Source: a virus
Lineage: Duplodnaviria; Heunggongvirae; Uroviricota; Caudoviricetes
Virus record (IMG/VR): IMGVR_UViG_2690316153_000015
Reading direction: 5' to 3' (one strand)
Length of the DNA: 37,792 nucleotides
Both the position numbers and the translations under genes were made by a program. The notes beneath the pieces are model-generated. The model was not told the origin of the DNA. It was given only the letters and a program-made list of their open reading frames with translations, and ran no database searches. Below are positions 1-9,268 of the stretch, one piece after another; the first letter of the stretch is position 1, and the number at the start of each line of letters is the position of its first letter.

Positions 1-1005
1 TTAATCCCCCGTGGACACTGCGTGGACACTCACGCCACCTTTCAGCGGATTAAGGGCCACCGCATCCTGCAGGTAATCCGGTGCAAAATGTGCATATGCC
101 ATTGTTTGCTGAATGGTTGCGTGGCCAAGAATCTTCTGAAGCGCAATAATGTTTCCTCCGTTCATCACAAAATGGCTGGCGAACGTATGCCGCAGCACAT
201 GTGCAGCCTGGCCTTTTGGTAAATCGGGCTTAACTCTTTTCAGCGCCAAGCAGAATTCCCGGTACTTCACCTCAAACAAGCCGCCTGTTTCTCTGGTTTT
301 GATCGCCTCACAAACTGCCTGCGAAATTGGCACTGTTCTCTTTCGGCCATTTTTGGTTTCAAGAAACGTTACACGGTTATGAACTATCTGTTCACCACGA
401 AGCTTACAAGCTTCACTCCAGCGCGCCCCTGTGCTTAAACACAAAAGCGCAACACGCCAGTAGTCGCCATCCAGTGTATCGAGCAATAGCGCTACTTCCT
501 TCTGGGACAGGAAAGCCATTTCTCGCGGGGATACATAAAGAATGGAGATCCCCCTTACCGGATGTTCTGCATCCCAAAGGCCTATTCTTTTCAGAACAGT
601 AAACATGCCGGATAGTCGGTTCATGTACCTGTTAGCAGATGACGGTTTCAATCCAGCAGCTATCTTTTGAGAACGCCACGCGATAATTTTCAGCTTATCA
701 AGATCCACAGCCTGCATATCAGCGCCAAGTTCATTGATTATGTTGCACAGTTGTTTTCGGTCTTCTTCCGCCTTACGCCTGTGTTGACCGTGATACATCC
801 ACCACAACTCAAGCAAATCATTTAGCGTTCGGCGATCACGGTAGCCCTGTATATATTCCCACTTTTCAGCGTTCGCCATGATGTAGCGTTCAGTGGCCAC
901 CGCTACCGATTTTTTGTCAAATACCTTACGCACGCGCTTTCCCTTGCGTCCGTTCGGCCTGATGTCCAGCAAATAACGACCATCTTCGAGCTTCTTAATT
1001 GACAT
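1..1005 (-). CDS. int: P2-type tyrosine integrase
   Basis: 340-codon ORF ending at window position 1-3; probable start at MSIKKLEDGRY; C-terminal HVLRHTFASH...MAYAHFAPDYLQDA resembles the P2 Int catalytic region as I recall it; sits at prophage edge next to the repressor. Confidence 0.9.
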   Translation of the reverse strand: MSIKKLEDGRYLLDIRPNGRKGKRVRKVFDKKSVAVATERYIMANAEKWEYIQGYRDRRTLNDLLELWWMYHGQHRRKAEEDRKQLCNIINELGADMQAVDLDKLKIIAWRSQKIAAGLKPSSANRYMNRLSGMFTVLKRIGLWDAEHPVRGISILYVSPREMAFLSQKEVALLLDTLDGDYWRVALLCLSTGARWSEACKLRGEQIVHNRVTFLETKNGRKRTVPISQAVCEAIKTRETGGLFEVKYREFCLALKRVKPDLPKGQAAHVLRHTFASHFVMNGGNIIALQKILGHATIQQTMAYAHFAPDYLQDAVALNPLKGGVSVHAVSTGD

Positions 1006-1101
1006 TGCGAAGCCCTCCAATGAACCGCCCTACAATTTCTCCAGCCTCTTTCCAGCAATAATCAGACCAGACAAAGAGCAGGTCTAACCAGTTTTCTGGA
1101 C

Positions 1102-1422
1102 TTAGCGGGGTGATTTTTGGTTTGTTTCGGTTGAAACCTGATCGCCCTCCGAATCGAAGAAGCCATCAAGAGAGAGAGGCGGAGCAATCTGCCCCGTCGC
1201 AGCATTAGTTTGATTAAACATCACCCAATCCGAATACTTCCGAAAACGAGGATGATTCAAAATCAGGAGTAACGTTTCTCCAGGTATCATTCTTCCCAAT
1301 ATTTCATAATTTTTGAGATTGTATTGAGATACCCCTGTCACCTCTTCCATCTCTCTACGTGACAATCCCTCTGCCTCTCGAATCAGGCGAAGTTTTTCTC
1401 CAAGGCTTGATTTATGGATCAT
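1102..1422 (-). CDS. Immunity repressor, P2 C-like (HTH)
   Basis: Small ORF co-oriented with int; probable start MIHKSSLGEKLRLIRE; C-terminal ...NQTNAATGQIAPPLSLDG resembles the P2 C tail; divergent from cox. Confidence 0.75.
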   Translation of the reverse strand: MIHKSSLGEKLRLIREAEGLSRREMEEVTGVSQYNLKNYEILGRMIPGETLLLILNHPRFRKYSDWVMFNQTNAATGQIAPPLSLDGFFDSEGDQVSTETNQKSPR

Positions 1423-1537
1423 ATGTGATCTAAACTCCACTCTATTGGGTTACATGTAATACAAAACATTCAAATAGCCAAAATAAGCCTATATAAGTCA
1501 TTTTGGGCCATTTGGACGAATTAAGGAGATTACCACA
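1423..1537. promoter_or_regulatory. Lysis-lysogeny switch region with presumed divergent promoters for C-int and cox operons
   Basis: AT-rich 115-bp intergenic region between divergently oriented repressor and cox; position equivalent to the P2 Pc/Pe operator region; individual promoter elements not resolved. Confidence 0.4.
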
Positions 1538-1825
1538 ATGAGCGAATCAGAGCTTGAGGGGTTCATTCAGGTAGCACCATATCCACTTGAAGCGGTGCCA
1601 TATCAACTATTTGCCAAGATGATTGGTCGCAAAGAATCAACCGTCAGAACCATGATTGACGCTGCAAAGTTACCAACGATTGACTTTGTGAAACCAGGTT
1701 CAGTGAAGACGCGAGCATCAGAAAACTGGGTATATCTGCCAGCATTTAACGCAGGTATGCGCAAAGCGTTTTTTGATCAGCCGAAAGAACGCCGCGATGC
1801 ATGGTTGTTGTGGCTGGGGCTTTAA
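1538..1825 (+). CDS. cox: Cox-like excisionase/early repressor
   Basis: 95-aa ORF with ...PYQLFAKMIGRKESTVRTMID...WVYLPAFN...WLLWLGL resembling P2 Cox; RBS AAGGAG upstream. Confidence 0.8.
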   Translation: MSESELEGFIQVAPYPLEAVPYQLFAKMIGRKESTVRTMIDAAKLPTIDFVKPGSVKTRASENWVYLPAFNAGMRKAFFDQPKERRDAWLLWLGL

Positions 1826-1831
1826 TCATAA

Positions 1832-2038
1832 ATGACCAGCAATATCACCAGCGCCATTTTGGACCTTGTATTCCTAGAAGTGGGTGTAATAGCGATTTAT
1901 CTGCTTAGCAAGCTAACAGGACAAAAAGAACGCTTTATTGTTCTCAACGTTCATTACCTCGCCGCTTATGCCAGAGGTCTTTTTCCGATCACCATTGGTG
2001 CGGTGCTCATGGCGTTTGTTATTTGGCTCATTGGGTAG
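1832..2038 (+). CDS. Small hydrophobic early protein (hypothetical)
   Basis: 68-aa ORF with two hydrophobic stretches, immediately after cox. Confidence 0.3.
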   Translation: MTSNITSAILDLVFLEVGVIAIYLLSKLTGQKERFIVLNVHYLAAYARGLFPITIGAVLMAFVIWLIG

Positions 2039-2508
2039 AGGCACGAAAAATGAATAAGCAACAGCGAAATGGCAAGCCCCATAACACGGGATTTCGTCGC
2101 AATTACTTTGAAAATGGGCGTTATGCCGGGGAAGTAAATAGGTACGGAGTTTTTGACATGAAGCAACAGTGCAATTCTTCACAGCAACGCTTCCGCAACG
2201 GGGAGGAACGCCATGCTAACCGTTTCGCTACCAGTACATCGCGTAGCAACTATCGCTACAACCTGAGCGAAACACACGCCACACCTGATGGCCATCCCGT
2301 AAAACAAATTGGTGAACACACCTGGCTGATTGAGAAAGCTGGAATCGTGGTTCACAGATGTCCGCACAACCCATTTACCGGAAACCGCATTTTTGCTCTG
2401 AGCAACGGCGACAATCAGTTTGGGCAGGATTTCACATTGTACGAAGCGCTACGCACGGTTGATCGTCTGCTGCGCGGACAGAATTTCATTAAACAGGCTG
2501 ATTTATAA
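2023..2508 (+). CDS. Hypothetical early-region protein (occupies the position of P2 B; start may be ATG at 2050)
   Basis: 161-aa ORF in the early operon; no motif recognised by eye. Confidence 0.45.
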   Translation: MAHWVEARKMNKQQRNGKPHNTGFRRNYFENGRYAGEVNRYGVFDMKQQCNSSQQRFRNGEERHANRFATSTSRSNYRYNLSETHATPDGHPVKQIGEHTWLIEKAGIVVHRCPHNPFTGNRIFALSNGDNQFGQDFTLYEALRTVDRLLRGQNFIKQADL

Positions 2509-2518
2509 CAGGTGCTTT

Positions 2519-2797
2519 ATGACCAAAGAGCATGCACAAGGTGTATTTATCCGTTTTATTGATTTTCGCGGTGAACTGTTATTACGCGCATCAGCTATTG
2601 ATGGAGTCGTCCCATCAAAAAAAAATGCAGCTACTTACGTTTATCTGAACGGCACGCGCCTGACCGTAGAACTTCCGTACCAGACTGTACACGAAATCAT
2701 TAGCGAAGCTGAAAAAGCACGTAATATTAATGGCGATAAACCCTATATCGAAATTATCTGCATGGATTCAGAAGCTGAAATTCAGAAAGCAGATTAA
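2519..2797 (+). CDS. Hypothetical early protein
   Basis: 92-aa ORF starting MTKEHAQGV, tightly packed in the early operon. Confidence 0.5.
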   Translation: MTKEHAQGVFIRFIDFRGELLLRASAIDGVVPSKKNAATYVYLNGTRLTVELPYQTVHEIISEAEKARNINGDKPYIEIICMDSEAEIQKAD

Positions 2798-2808
2798 AGG
2801 ACGTTTCG

Positions 2809-3051
2809 ATGGGCAAAGAATATAAAACTCTCATTAACAAAGCACTTGAGCGTTTTTATTTTCGCTTAAGTGCATCAGGCGCGCATGCTGAACGTGCAGC
2901 CCGTGACTCATTGACCAGGGCAATCCGGAGTCTGTATGACGTGGCTTTTTACGCTGATGATCTGGATGCACTTAACGAACTTTCCGAGCTGATCTGTGCC
3001 GCAGAATGCGGGGAACATATTGAACCGTATAAGCTGGGGAATATCGCATGA
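2809..3051 (+). CDS. Hypothetical early protein
   Basis: 80-aa ORF, RBS-like GGACG upstream, start/stop packed with neighbours. Confidence 0.45.
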   Translation: MGKEYKTLINKALERFYFRLSASGAHAERAARDSLTRAIRSLYDVAFYADDLDALNELSELICAAECGEHIEPYKLGNIA

Positions 3052-3161
3052 GTATATTTATCTCATGGCTTGTTCTGATTATTTCGGTGGCCTGCGCCAT
3101 TGGGATTATGCGAATTATTAATTCAGTGAAAAAGATTGAACGCTTTTTCACTGGCGAATAA
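3048..3161 (+). CDS. Possible 37-aa hydrophobic peptide (MSIFISWLVLIISVACAIGIMRIINSVKKIERFFTGE)
   Basis: ATG overlaps the stop of the upstream ORF (ATGA); single TM-like segment; not in the supplied ORF track because it is under 60 aa. Confidence 0.3.
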   Translation: MSIFISWLVLIISVACAIGIMRIINSVKKIERFFTGE

Positions 3162-3247
3162 CAGCGCAAATAAAACCACAGGTTAAATAAGAAAATGTAA
3201 AAACAATCCGCATTCGCGGAGGTATTCACACACGCCAAGGAGGCGTA

Positions 3248-3451
3248 ATGGCAATTAAGCATTTTCCTGTCGTTCGTTTTACCTCCAGAGGACGTGAATA
3301 CGAAGTCGACGAACGCCTGATTACCACAATCGACAAACACCGTTCGGAAAAGGATGCACACCACATCTACCTCACTGACGGCACTTACTTCTGCGCCACC
3401 AACGTGGCGCGGGTGAATCTTATCCGACAAGTACAGGAGCCACGCAGATGA
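3248..3451 (+). CDS. Hypothetical early protein
   Basis: 67-aa ORF with GGAGG RBS upstream; stop overlaps next start. Confidence 0.5.
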   Translation: MAIKHFPVVRFTSRGREYEVDERLITTIDKHRSEKDAHHIYLTDGTYFCATNVARVNLIRQVQEPRR

Positions 3452-3714
3452 CCATTCTGGACTACATCGCTACCCATCCGGGTTGTAGCGGCGGAGAAAT
3501 CGCCGCAGCACTGAATACCCCAACCACAGCCATCAATGCTGAGTTACGCCGACTCTGGCGCGGCGGCTTAGTCATCAGAACAAACCGCAGCACAGGTGGT
3601 CGCGCTCGCAAAGCAGGAGGCCAAGCTTCTTACCACGTAAACCCGATGCCGTTCGGGTGTAGCAATCCACTTACTCACATGTTTAACCAGCTACTGAAGG
3701 AAACCAGAGCATGA
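3448..3714 (+). CDS. Hypothetical early protein, possible DNA-binding
   Basis: 88-aa ORF, translationally coupled to neighbours (ATGA overlaps). Confidence 0.5.
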   Translation: MTILDYIATHPGCSGGEIAAALNTPTTAINAELRRLWRGGLVIRTNRSTGGRARKAGGQASYHVNPMPFGCSNPLTHMFNQLLKETRA

Positions 3715-4010
3715 GCACCATCAATCACCAGAAGCTACGCGAACTGGCATTTGCCCTGCAACGAATGGCAACGCCTCAAAAATTACTGGTATTTCGCGCA
3801 ATGCTCTCGCCGTCTGCTGTGCTGGCACTGCTGGATGAGCTGGAGCACGCCAGAACCACGGCTCCTGCCATTCGTCTGACGCTCCATCATGAAATCGCTG
3901 ATTTCTGCGCGACGTTGAAGGCGCCAGGCGAACCGGAAACACCGGAAGCAATACAGCAAGAACTGCTGCAACGCATTGACAAGGTTTTTGATTTTTTTCT
4001 GAACCAGTAA
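3711..4010 (+). CDS. Hypothetical early protein
   Basis: 99-aa ORF, translationally coupled. Confidence 0.5.
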   Translation: MSTINHQKLRELAFALQRMATPQKLLVFRAMLSPSAVLALLDELEHARTTAPAIRLTLHHEIADFCATLKAPGEPETPEAIQQELLQRIDKVFDFFLNQ

Positions 4011-4132
4011 GAAACCAGAACATGCACACACAAAAAAACCGCTTGCCATGCCGCAATCAGTCAGGTTACATTTCCGCTGCACCTCACAAAACGGGTGTCG
4101 GGTTTCGCAGCCTGCTGACTACACAAGCGCAC

Positions 4133-4153
4133 AACCGCGCCAGCGGTTTTTTT
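4133..4153 (+). terminator. Putative intrinsic terminator (AACCGC-GCCA-GCGGTT followed by T7)
   Basis: Short GC hairpin followed by a run of T directly visible in sequence. Confidence 0.4.
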
Positions 4154-4332
4154 GTGCGTACTGTATTGCCACGTTTTTTTCGCGTCAGAATTATGGCGGG
4201 GCGTACGGGGCCGACTTCGGTCGGGCCGGGTTCTTGTGTAGCCGGTACTGCGAACCTCGTACGTCTCGCCACCCACAGTTTCGCAGCTCTGGATGGTGAG
4301 TTTTCACAACTTACTACACAAGGGGCCACACC

Positions 4333-4563
4333 ATGGCAAACCGCAAACCACACCGCGCTATCGCGGAGAGTCGTCACATCCAGACTGAAATCAACCGCAG
4401 ACTTTCCCGCGCATCACGCGTCGCGCAAATCATGCACATCAATATGCTGCATGAGCGCAGCCACGCACTATCAAACATTTATTCCGCCTCTGTTTTCAGC
4501 TATCTGGCGGATGATCTGCACGAGCTTCAACAGCTCATCCAGCAGCAAAACAAACTCCATTAA
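4333..4563 (+). CDS. Hypothetical protein
   Basis: 76-aa ORF preceded by GGGGCC...ACCATG; no recognisable motif. Confidence 0.4.
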   Translation: MANRKPHRAIAESRHIQTEINRRLSRASRVAQIMHINMLHERSHALSNIYSASVFSYLADDLHELQQLIQQQNKLH

Positions 4564-4635
4564 TTCCTGTTCCGGGCCTTTCCTGCACCTTGCGGCGGGA
4601 GGCCTTCGCACATCTGTAACAAGAGGATTGCCGCA

Positions 4636-5001
4636 ATGATTCTCGCCAACGACTTTCTTGAATACCTGCTCAACACAGAACGTGATCTTGCCGCTCGCGT
4701 GCGTGATCGTTATGACATGTACCTGAAATCCCTGCCTGTACCGCAGCTCGCTGACGGAAAGATTGTTATTGATGGTCGCTACATGATTGACAGCCACGAG
4801 GGAAATTACAGGCTTTACCGCATTGAAGGTGGCACCCCGTCCGTTATTGGCATTTACCAGCGCCCATCCTCTGCAATCGTCGATGTGATTGCCGACAGCA
4901 TCCGCATCACACATCGCCATGCCGACACAGAAGACACCGTGCTGGAAATTCAGCGGCTGGCTACAGTCTGCCGCGACACCCTGAATGGCATGACGAAGTA
5001 A
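4636..5001 (+). CDS. Hypothetical protein immediately upstream of A
   Basis: 121-aa ORF with AGAGGA RBS-like sequence; stop 7 nt before A start. Confidence 0.5.
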   Translation: MILANDFLEYLLNTERDLAARVRDRYDMYLKSLPVPQLADGKIVIDGRYMIDSHEGNYRLYRIEGGTPSVIGIYQRPSSAIVDVIADSIRITHRHADTEDTVLEIQRLATVCRDTLNGMTK

Positions 5002-5007
5002 ATCACT

Positions 5008-7830
5008 ATGACGGCAGAGTACATCAGGGACTGGCAACAACCGCGCCACGCAGTGGGGCGTGAAGGAACGGGGATCCCCGCTCCTGAATCCGCGCTTTCC
5101 TCCTGGCTGGATGCCTACCGGGCAGAGAACGAGCGCCGCCAGGAAATGGCTGATGCGGCGTTCTCCGCCACGCCGCTGGGCAACCTGATTAATAAAAGCC
5201 TGGACGCACAGGAAAAACAGGACAAAACCATCACACTGGCAGGAGACGCCAGAAAACAGGCACGTGGCGCGGTGGATGAAGCCATGGCCTCACTGCGCCT
5301 GCTGCCGTCCTATCTGCGCGATCCGCTTATTCGCCACCTCTCCTTCCTGCGCAAAAAACAGGAAGCCGATCGCCGGAAAGGCAAAAAGAGCTGGCAGGCT
5401 GAACGCTACGCGTGCGGAACCCTGCGCAAAATATTCGAACGTCTGGACCGCACCGACCACCGCTGGCTGACACCGGGTTATCGCTCCCTTGCCGGACGCG
5501 AACGCCTGGATGATTTGCTTTACCTGCCGCAGCTCAACAAACACCAGATACAGACGCTGGCCACCATGACGGCGGCGATGTTCAGCAGCACCTTCGAAAA
5601 ACTCTGCGATGGCTTTGGCGCGACTGATGGCGAGCTGACCATGGATGTAACGCTGAAGGCTTATCAGATGCTGGCCCGCATGGCGTTACACCTGCACGCC
5701 ATGCCTCCACATTATGACGCACTGACAACAGACAAAGACCGGAGGAACGAACCGGACACGGAGCTGCTGCCGGGCGCAATCCTTCGCCTGACCTGTGCGG
5801 AATGGTGGAAACGCAAACTGTGGCTGTTACGTTGTGAGTGGCGGGAAGAACAACTCCGCGCCGCCTGTCTGGTTTCCAGAAAAACATCCCCCTATCTGAG
5901 CCAGGACGCGTTAAGCGAGTTTCGCGCACAGCGCGAGAAAACGCGCGATTTCCTGAAAAGTTTCATGCTGGAAAATGAAGACGGGTTCACGATTGATCTC
6001 GAGACGGTGTATTACGCGGGAGTAAGTAACCCGGTTCACCGTAAGGCAGAAATGATGGCCACCATGAAGGGACTGGAACTTCTGGCCGAAGCCCGTGGCG
6101 ACAGAGCGGTGTTTCTGACCGTCACCTGCCCGTCAAAATACCACGCAACAACGGAGAACGGTCATCCGAACCCCAAATGGAACGGGGCCACCATGCGCGA
6201 CTCCAGCGATTACCTGGTTAACACGTTTTTTGCGGCGGTCCGCAAAAAACTGAACCGCGACGGCCTGCGCTGGTATGGCATCCGCACGGTGGAGCCTCAC
6301 CATGACGGCACTGTGCACTGGCATATGATGGTCTTTGCACATCCGGACGAGATTGAAACCATCGTGTCCCACGTCTGCGATATTGCCATTCAGGAGGACC
6401 GCCACGAGCTGGGCGATGACATAACTCCGCGTTTTAAGGCGGAGTATGTCGACGGCTCAAAAGGCACACCAACCAGCTACATCGCCACCTACATCGGAAA
6501 GAACCTGGACAGCCGCGCCGTGGATGGCATCGACCCGAAAACGGGCAAGCCACGCGTTGACCACGAAACAGGTAAATCAATGGCCGAGAGCGTGGAGCGC
6601 GCCATCGGCTGGGCGCGCCTTCACCGGGTCCGTCAGTTCCAGTTCTTTGGCATCCCCTCCCGTCAGGTGTGGCGTGAACTGCGCCGCCTTGCCAGCCAGA
6701 TGGCACGCAATCCGGAAGGCCCGCAACGGCTGAAAGATGATGCAATGGATGCGGTACTCGCTGCCGCCGATGCCGGGTGTTTTGCCACCTACATTGAAAA
6801 ACAGGGTGGCGTGCTTGTTCCACGCAAGGACTACCTGATTCGCACCGCCTACGACCTCGCAGATGAGCTGAACGATTACGGCGAACAGAGCGTACAGATT
6901 TACGGGATCTGGTCACCACTCATCGGGGAATCCTCCCGTGTGTGCACGCATCCGGATAACTGGAAGCTGGTAAGACGTAAACCAGAACCGGAAGACAACG
7001 CCCACGAAAATGGTTTTGACCTTCAGGGCGGCCCTGCCGCCCCTTGGACTCGTGGCAATAACTGTCCCCGTGTACAGGAAACAGGCAACAACGGGACAGA
7101 ACAGCCGGAAGAACGGCCAGCACCGTGGCCGCAGCTTCCTGACGGCGTTGAAGTAAATGAATGGATGCGCTCACTGAAACGGCACGAACGCCGGGCGCTG
7201 ATGCGTTCGCTTCGTGACAAACAGGCAAAAAACAGCAGCGATGAAATGCAGAACTGGACACAGAGCCGCAAACAGCAGCGGCCTTTGCCTGATAACCACG
7301 AGTTACTCGCTAAAGAATGGCGGGAGTCTGCTGAATCTCTCGGCCTGCATATCGGTGAACAACAGATGCAGCACCTGTTACGGGGCGGCAGTCTGTACGT
7401 TGACGGCAGCATCATTGCACCGCAGGGATTTGAAATTGTACGCAAACCGGATACCCGCCCGGACAGCCGAATCACGCAGCTCTGGCAGCGTCTGAGCCGT
7501 AATCATGGCGTAAGCAGCACGGAGATCCGCCATAACCCGGTCGCCAGCTATCTGGCACAGCTGGGGGCATCAGACCCTGAAGCCGCCGCACGCCTGGCAT
7601 CCACACTTCAGCAGGACCAGAACACCATGAAAACACCCGTTACCGTGCTTTCTGACATGCTGCGCGCCATCCGCGACGCAGAGCACGCACAGAGAATCAG
7701 TGAAACCACTGAACGCGCCAGCCGCAAAGCAGACCTGCTGCGGGGTGGCCTGACCAGTGGAAACAAAAAACAGACAGAAACGGGACTCACGAATCCCGTA
7801 AATGAGCAAAAAACGCGCAGCGATATATGA
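5008..7830 (+). CDS. A: Replication initiation endonuclease A (rolling-circle, HUH superfamily)
   Basis: 940-aa ORF; HUH-like motif TVHWHMMVF and paired tyrosines YIATYIGK typical of P2 gpA / phiX174 A-type initiators; position after the early operon. Confidence 0.9.
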   Translation: MTAEYIRDWQQPRHAVGREGTGIPAPESALSSWLDAYRAENERRQEMADAAFSATPLGNLINKSLDAQEKQDKTITLAGDARKQARGAVDEAMASLRLLPSYLRDPLIRHLSFLRKKQEADRRKGKKSWQAERYACGTLRKIFERLDRTDHRWLTPGYRSLAGRERLDDLLYLPQLNKHQIQTLATMTAAMFSSTFEKLCDGFGATDGELTMDVTLKAYQMLARMALHLHAMPPHYDALTTDKDRRNEPDTELLPGAILRLTCAEWWKRKLWLLRCEWREEQLRAACLVSRKTSPYLSQDALSEFRAQREKTRDFLKSFMLENEDGFTIDLETVYYAGVSNPVHRKAEMMATMKGLELLAEARGDRAVFLTVTCPSKYHATTENGHPNPKWNGATMRDSSDYLVNTFFAAVRKKLNRDGLRWYGIRTVEPHHDGTVHWHMMVFAHPDEIETIVSHVCDIAIQEDRHELGDDITPRFKAEYVDGSKGTPTSYIATYIGKNLDSRAVDGIDPKTGKPRVDHETGKSMAESVERAIGWARLHRVRQFQFFGIPSRQVWRELRRLASQMARNPEGPQRLKDDAMDAVLAAADAGCFATYIEKQGGVLVPRKDYLIRTAYDLADELNDYGEQSVQIYGIWSPLIGESSRVCTHPDNWKLVRRKPEPEDNAHENGFDLQGGPAAPWTRGNNCPRVQETGNNGTEQPEERPAPWPQLPDGVEVNEWMRSLKRHERRALMRSLRDKQAKNSSDEMQNWTQSRKQQRPLPDNHELLAKEWRESAESLGLHIGEQQMQHLLRGGSLYVDGSIIAPQGFEIVRKPDTRPDSRITQLWQRLSRNHGVSSTEIRHNPVASYLAQLGASDPEAAARLASTLQQDQNTMKTPVTVLSDMLRAIRDAEHAQRISETTERASRKADLLRGGLTSGNKKQTETGLTNPVNEQKTRSDI

Positions 7831-7877
7831 AGCGCGCACAAAACAGGCAAAAACGGGATTTCAGAATCCCGTAAACG
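7770..7877. repeat. Two 36-bp direct repeats, each containing the dyad ACGGGA-N8-TCCCGT, straddling the A stop codon upstream of parM (parC-like centromere/operator candidate)
   Basis: ACAGACAGAAACGGGACTCACGAATCCCGTAAATGA (7770-7805) versus ACAGGCAAAAACGGGATTTCAGAATCCCGTAAACGA (7842-7877). Confidence 0.55.
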
Positions 7878-7906
7878 ATTAATTAATCAACATAAGGAAA
7901 ACCGAC

Positions 7907-8866
7907 ATGAAAATTTACATCGACGACGGCTCCACCAACATCAAGCTGGCATGGACTGAGAACGGCGAACGCCGCAACGCCATCAGCCCGAACAGCTTCA
8001 AGTCGGAATGGTCTGCGCCGTTCGGTGGCTCGCAGCCTGCTAACTACATGCTTGATGGCGTGCGCTATGGTTTTGATCCGGTCAGCGATCGCTTTGTCCA
8101 GACGACCGACACGCAATACCAGTACAGCGATGTGAATGTCATTGCCATTCATCACGCGCTGGTCAAATCAGACATCACGCCACAGGAAGTGGATGTGGTT
8201 GTTACCCTGCCACTGAGCGAATATTTCGACACAAACGCACAGCCGGACCTGGCCAACATCAACCGCAAAAAAGCGAACGTCATGCGCCCGGTGGAGTACC
8301 AGAACGGCGAAGCATTCACTATCCGTAACGTACGGGTTATGCCTGAATCCATTCCAGCTGGCTTTAAAGCACTGGCTGACATGAGTCCGTTTGAATCCCT
8401 GCTGATTGTGGATTTAGGCGGAACCACGCTGGATGTGGCAAAGGTTCAAGGGCAACTGGCAGGTATCAGCCAGGTGTTTTGCGATCCACACGTAGGCGTT
8501 TCCCTGATGGCCGATGCCGTACTGTCGGTGATGGCCACTAACGGTATGCGCACCAGTCACCACATCGCCAATACCATTATCGAACATCGCAATGATGAAG
8601 CCTGGCTGCGCCAGCACATCCACAATGACGCGCATTACGCCAGCCTGATGGCGGTTATTCGTGAAAAGGAAGAAACACTGAAACAACGCGTGATCCGCGC
8701 GCTGGCGGTTTTTTCGGGTTACGGGCGGGTGATGGTTGTCGGTGGAGGGGCGGAGATTGTGGCACCCGCTATCCGCGAAGTCTGCGGAGTTAATGCGACT
8801 TTCATCGCGGACGGGGTGCCACAGTTTGCTCTGGTTAATGGGCTGTACGCAATGGACAAGGAGTAA
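7907..8866 (+). CDS. parM: Actin-like plasmid segregation ATPase ParM/StbA family
   Basis: N-terminus MKIYIDDGSTNIKLAW...ISPNSFK...YSDVNVIAIHHAL closely resembles plasmid R1 ParM as I recall it; phosphate-binding DLGGTT and VGGGA motifs; 319 aa. Confidence 0.85.
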   Translation: MKIYIDDGSTNIKLAWTENGERRNAISPNSFKSEWSAPFGGSQPANYMLDGVRYGFDPVSDRFVQTTDTQYQYSDVNVIAIHHALVKSDITPQEVDVVVTLPLSEYFDTNAQPDLANINRKKANVMRPVEYQNGEAFTIRNVRVMPESIPAGFKALADMSPFESLLIVDLGGTTLDVAKVQGQLAGISQVFCDPHVGVSLMADAVLSVMATNGMRTSHHIANTIIEHRNDEAWLRQHIHNDAHYASLMAVIREKEETLKQRVIRALAVFSGYGRVMVVGGGAEIVAPAIREVCGVNATFIADGVPQFALVNGLYAMDKE

Positions 8867-8869
8867 ACC

Positions 8870-9185
8870 AATGACGACACCAACCAGACGGATAAGTTTC
8901 TATCTGAAGCCCGCCGCCGTCAAGAGTGAACAGGAGGCGTGCAATTACCTCGATAGCCTGCCAGCCTCCGAACGCAGCCGCGCGCAACGCGCGGCCTTTC
9001 TGGCTGGGCTAGCGCTCATAAAGCGCAACCCAGCATTTGCCTACTGGATGGCCGAATGGCCAGAGGACAACCTCCCCTTCAATACCGTTAGCATCAAGGA
9101 AACATACCAGGATAATCAGCCTAGCGGAGTTGAATGCAATTTTTATAAAATAAAAAAGAATATTCAAACCTTATTCCCAGAATAA
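8870..9185 (+). CDS. parR: ParR-like centromere-binding adaptor (ribbon-helix-helix)
   Basis: Start ATG at 8870 with AAGGAG RBS; RRISFYLKP...LDSLPASERSRAQRAAFLAGLAL resembles R1 ParR (…LDSIPQGERSRLNRAALTAGLAL); the longer track ORF from 8736 would overlap parM. Confidence 0.7.
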
Positions 9186-9234
9186 TCTGATAATTGTATG
9201 TGAACTAATAAAATACAGACCAACACATCATTCT

Positions 9235-9257
9235 GGCACCCTTGCTAACAGGGTGCC
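9235..9257. terminator. Hairpin GGCACCC-N9-GGGTGCC between convergent parR and the cassette
   Basis: Perfect 7-bp inverted repeat in the 83-bp convergent intergenic gap. Confidence 0.35.
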
Positions 9258-9268
9258 AATGTTTCAAA

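Noticed and set aside
4022-4639. 205-aa ORF and several overlapping ORFs on both strands
   Set aside because: Mutually overlapping in a GC-rich hairpin-dense interval, with low-complexity Arg/Ser/Thr-rich translation; the region is better explained as structured noncoding DNA.
5264-7495. Multiple 60-160-aa ORFs on both strands inside the A gene
   Set aside because: All are embedded in the 940-aa A reading frame, which has recognisable replication-initiator motifs; alternative frames are Arg/Cys-rich and implausible.
8736-8869. N-terminal extension of the ParR-like ORF from ATG 8736
   Set aside because: It would overlap the last 130 bp of parM in another frame; the ATG at 8870 has a proper AAGGAG RBS and the ParR-like similarity begins there.
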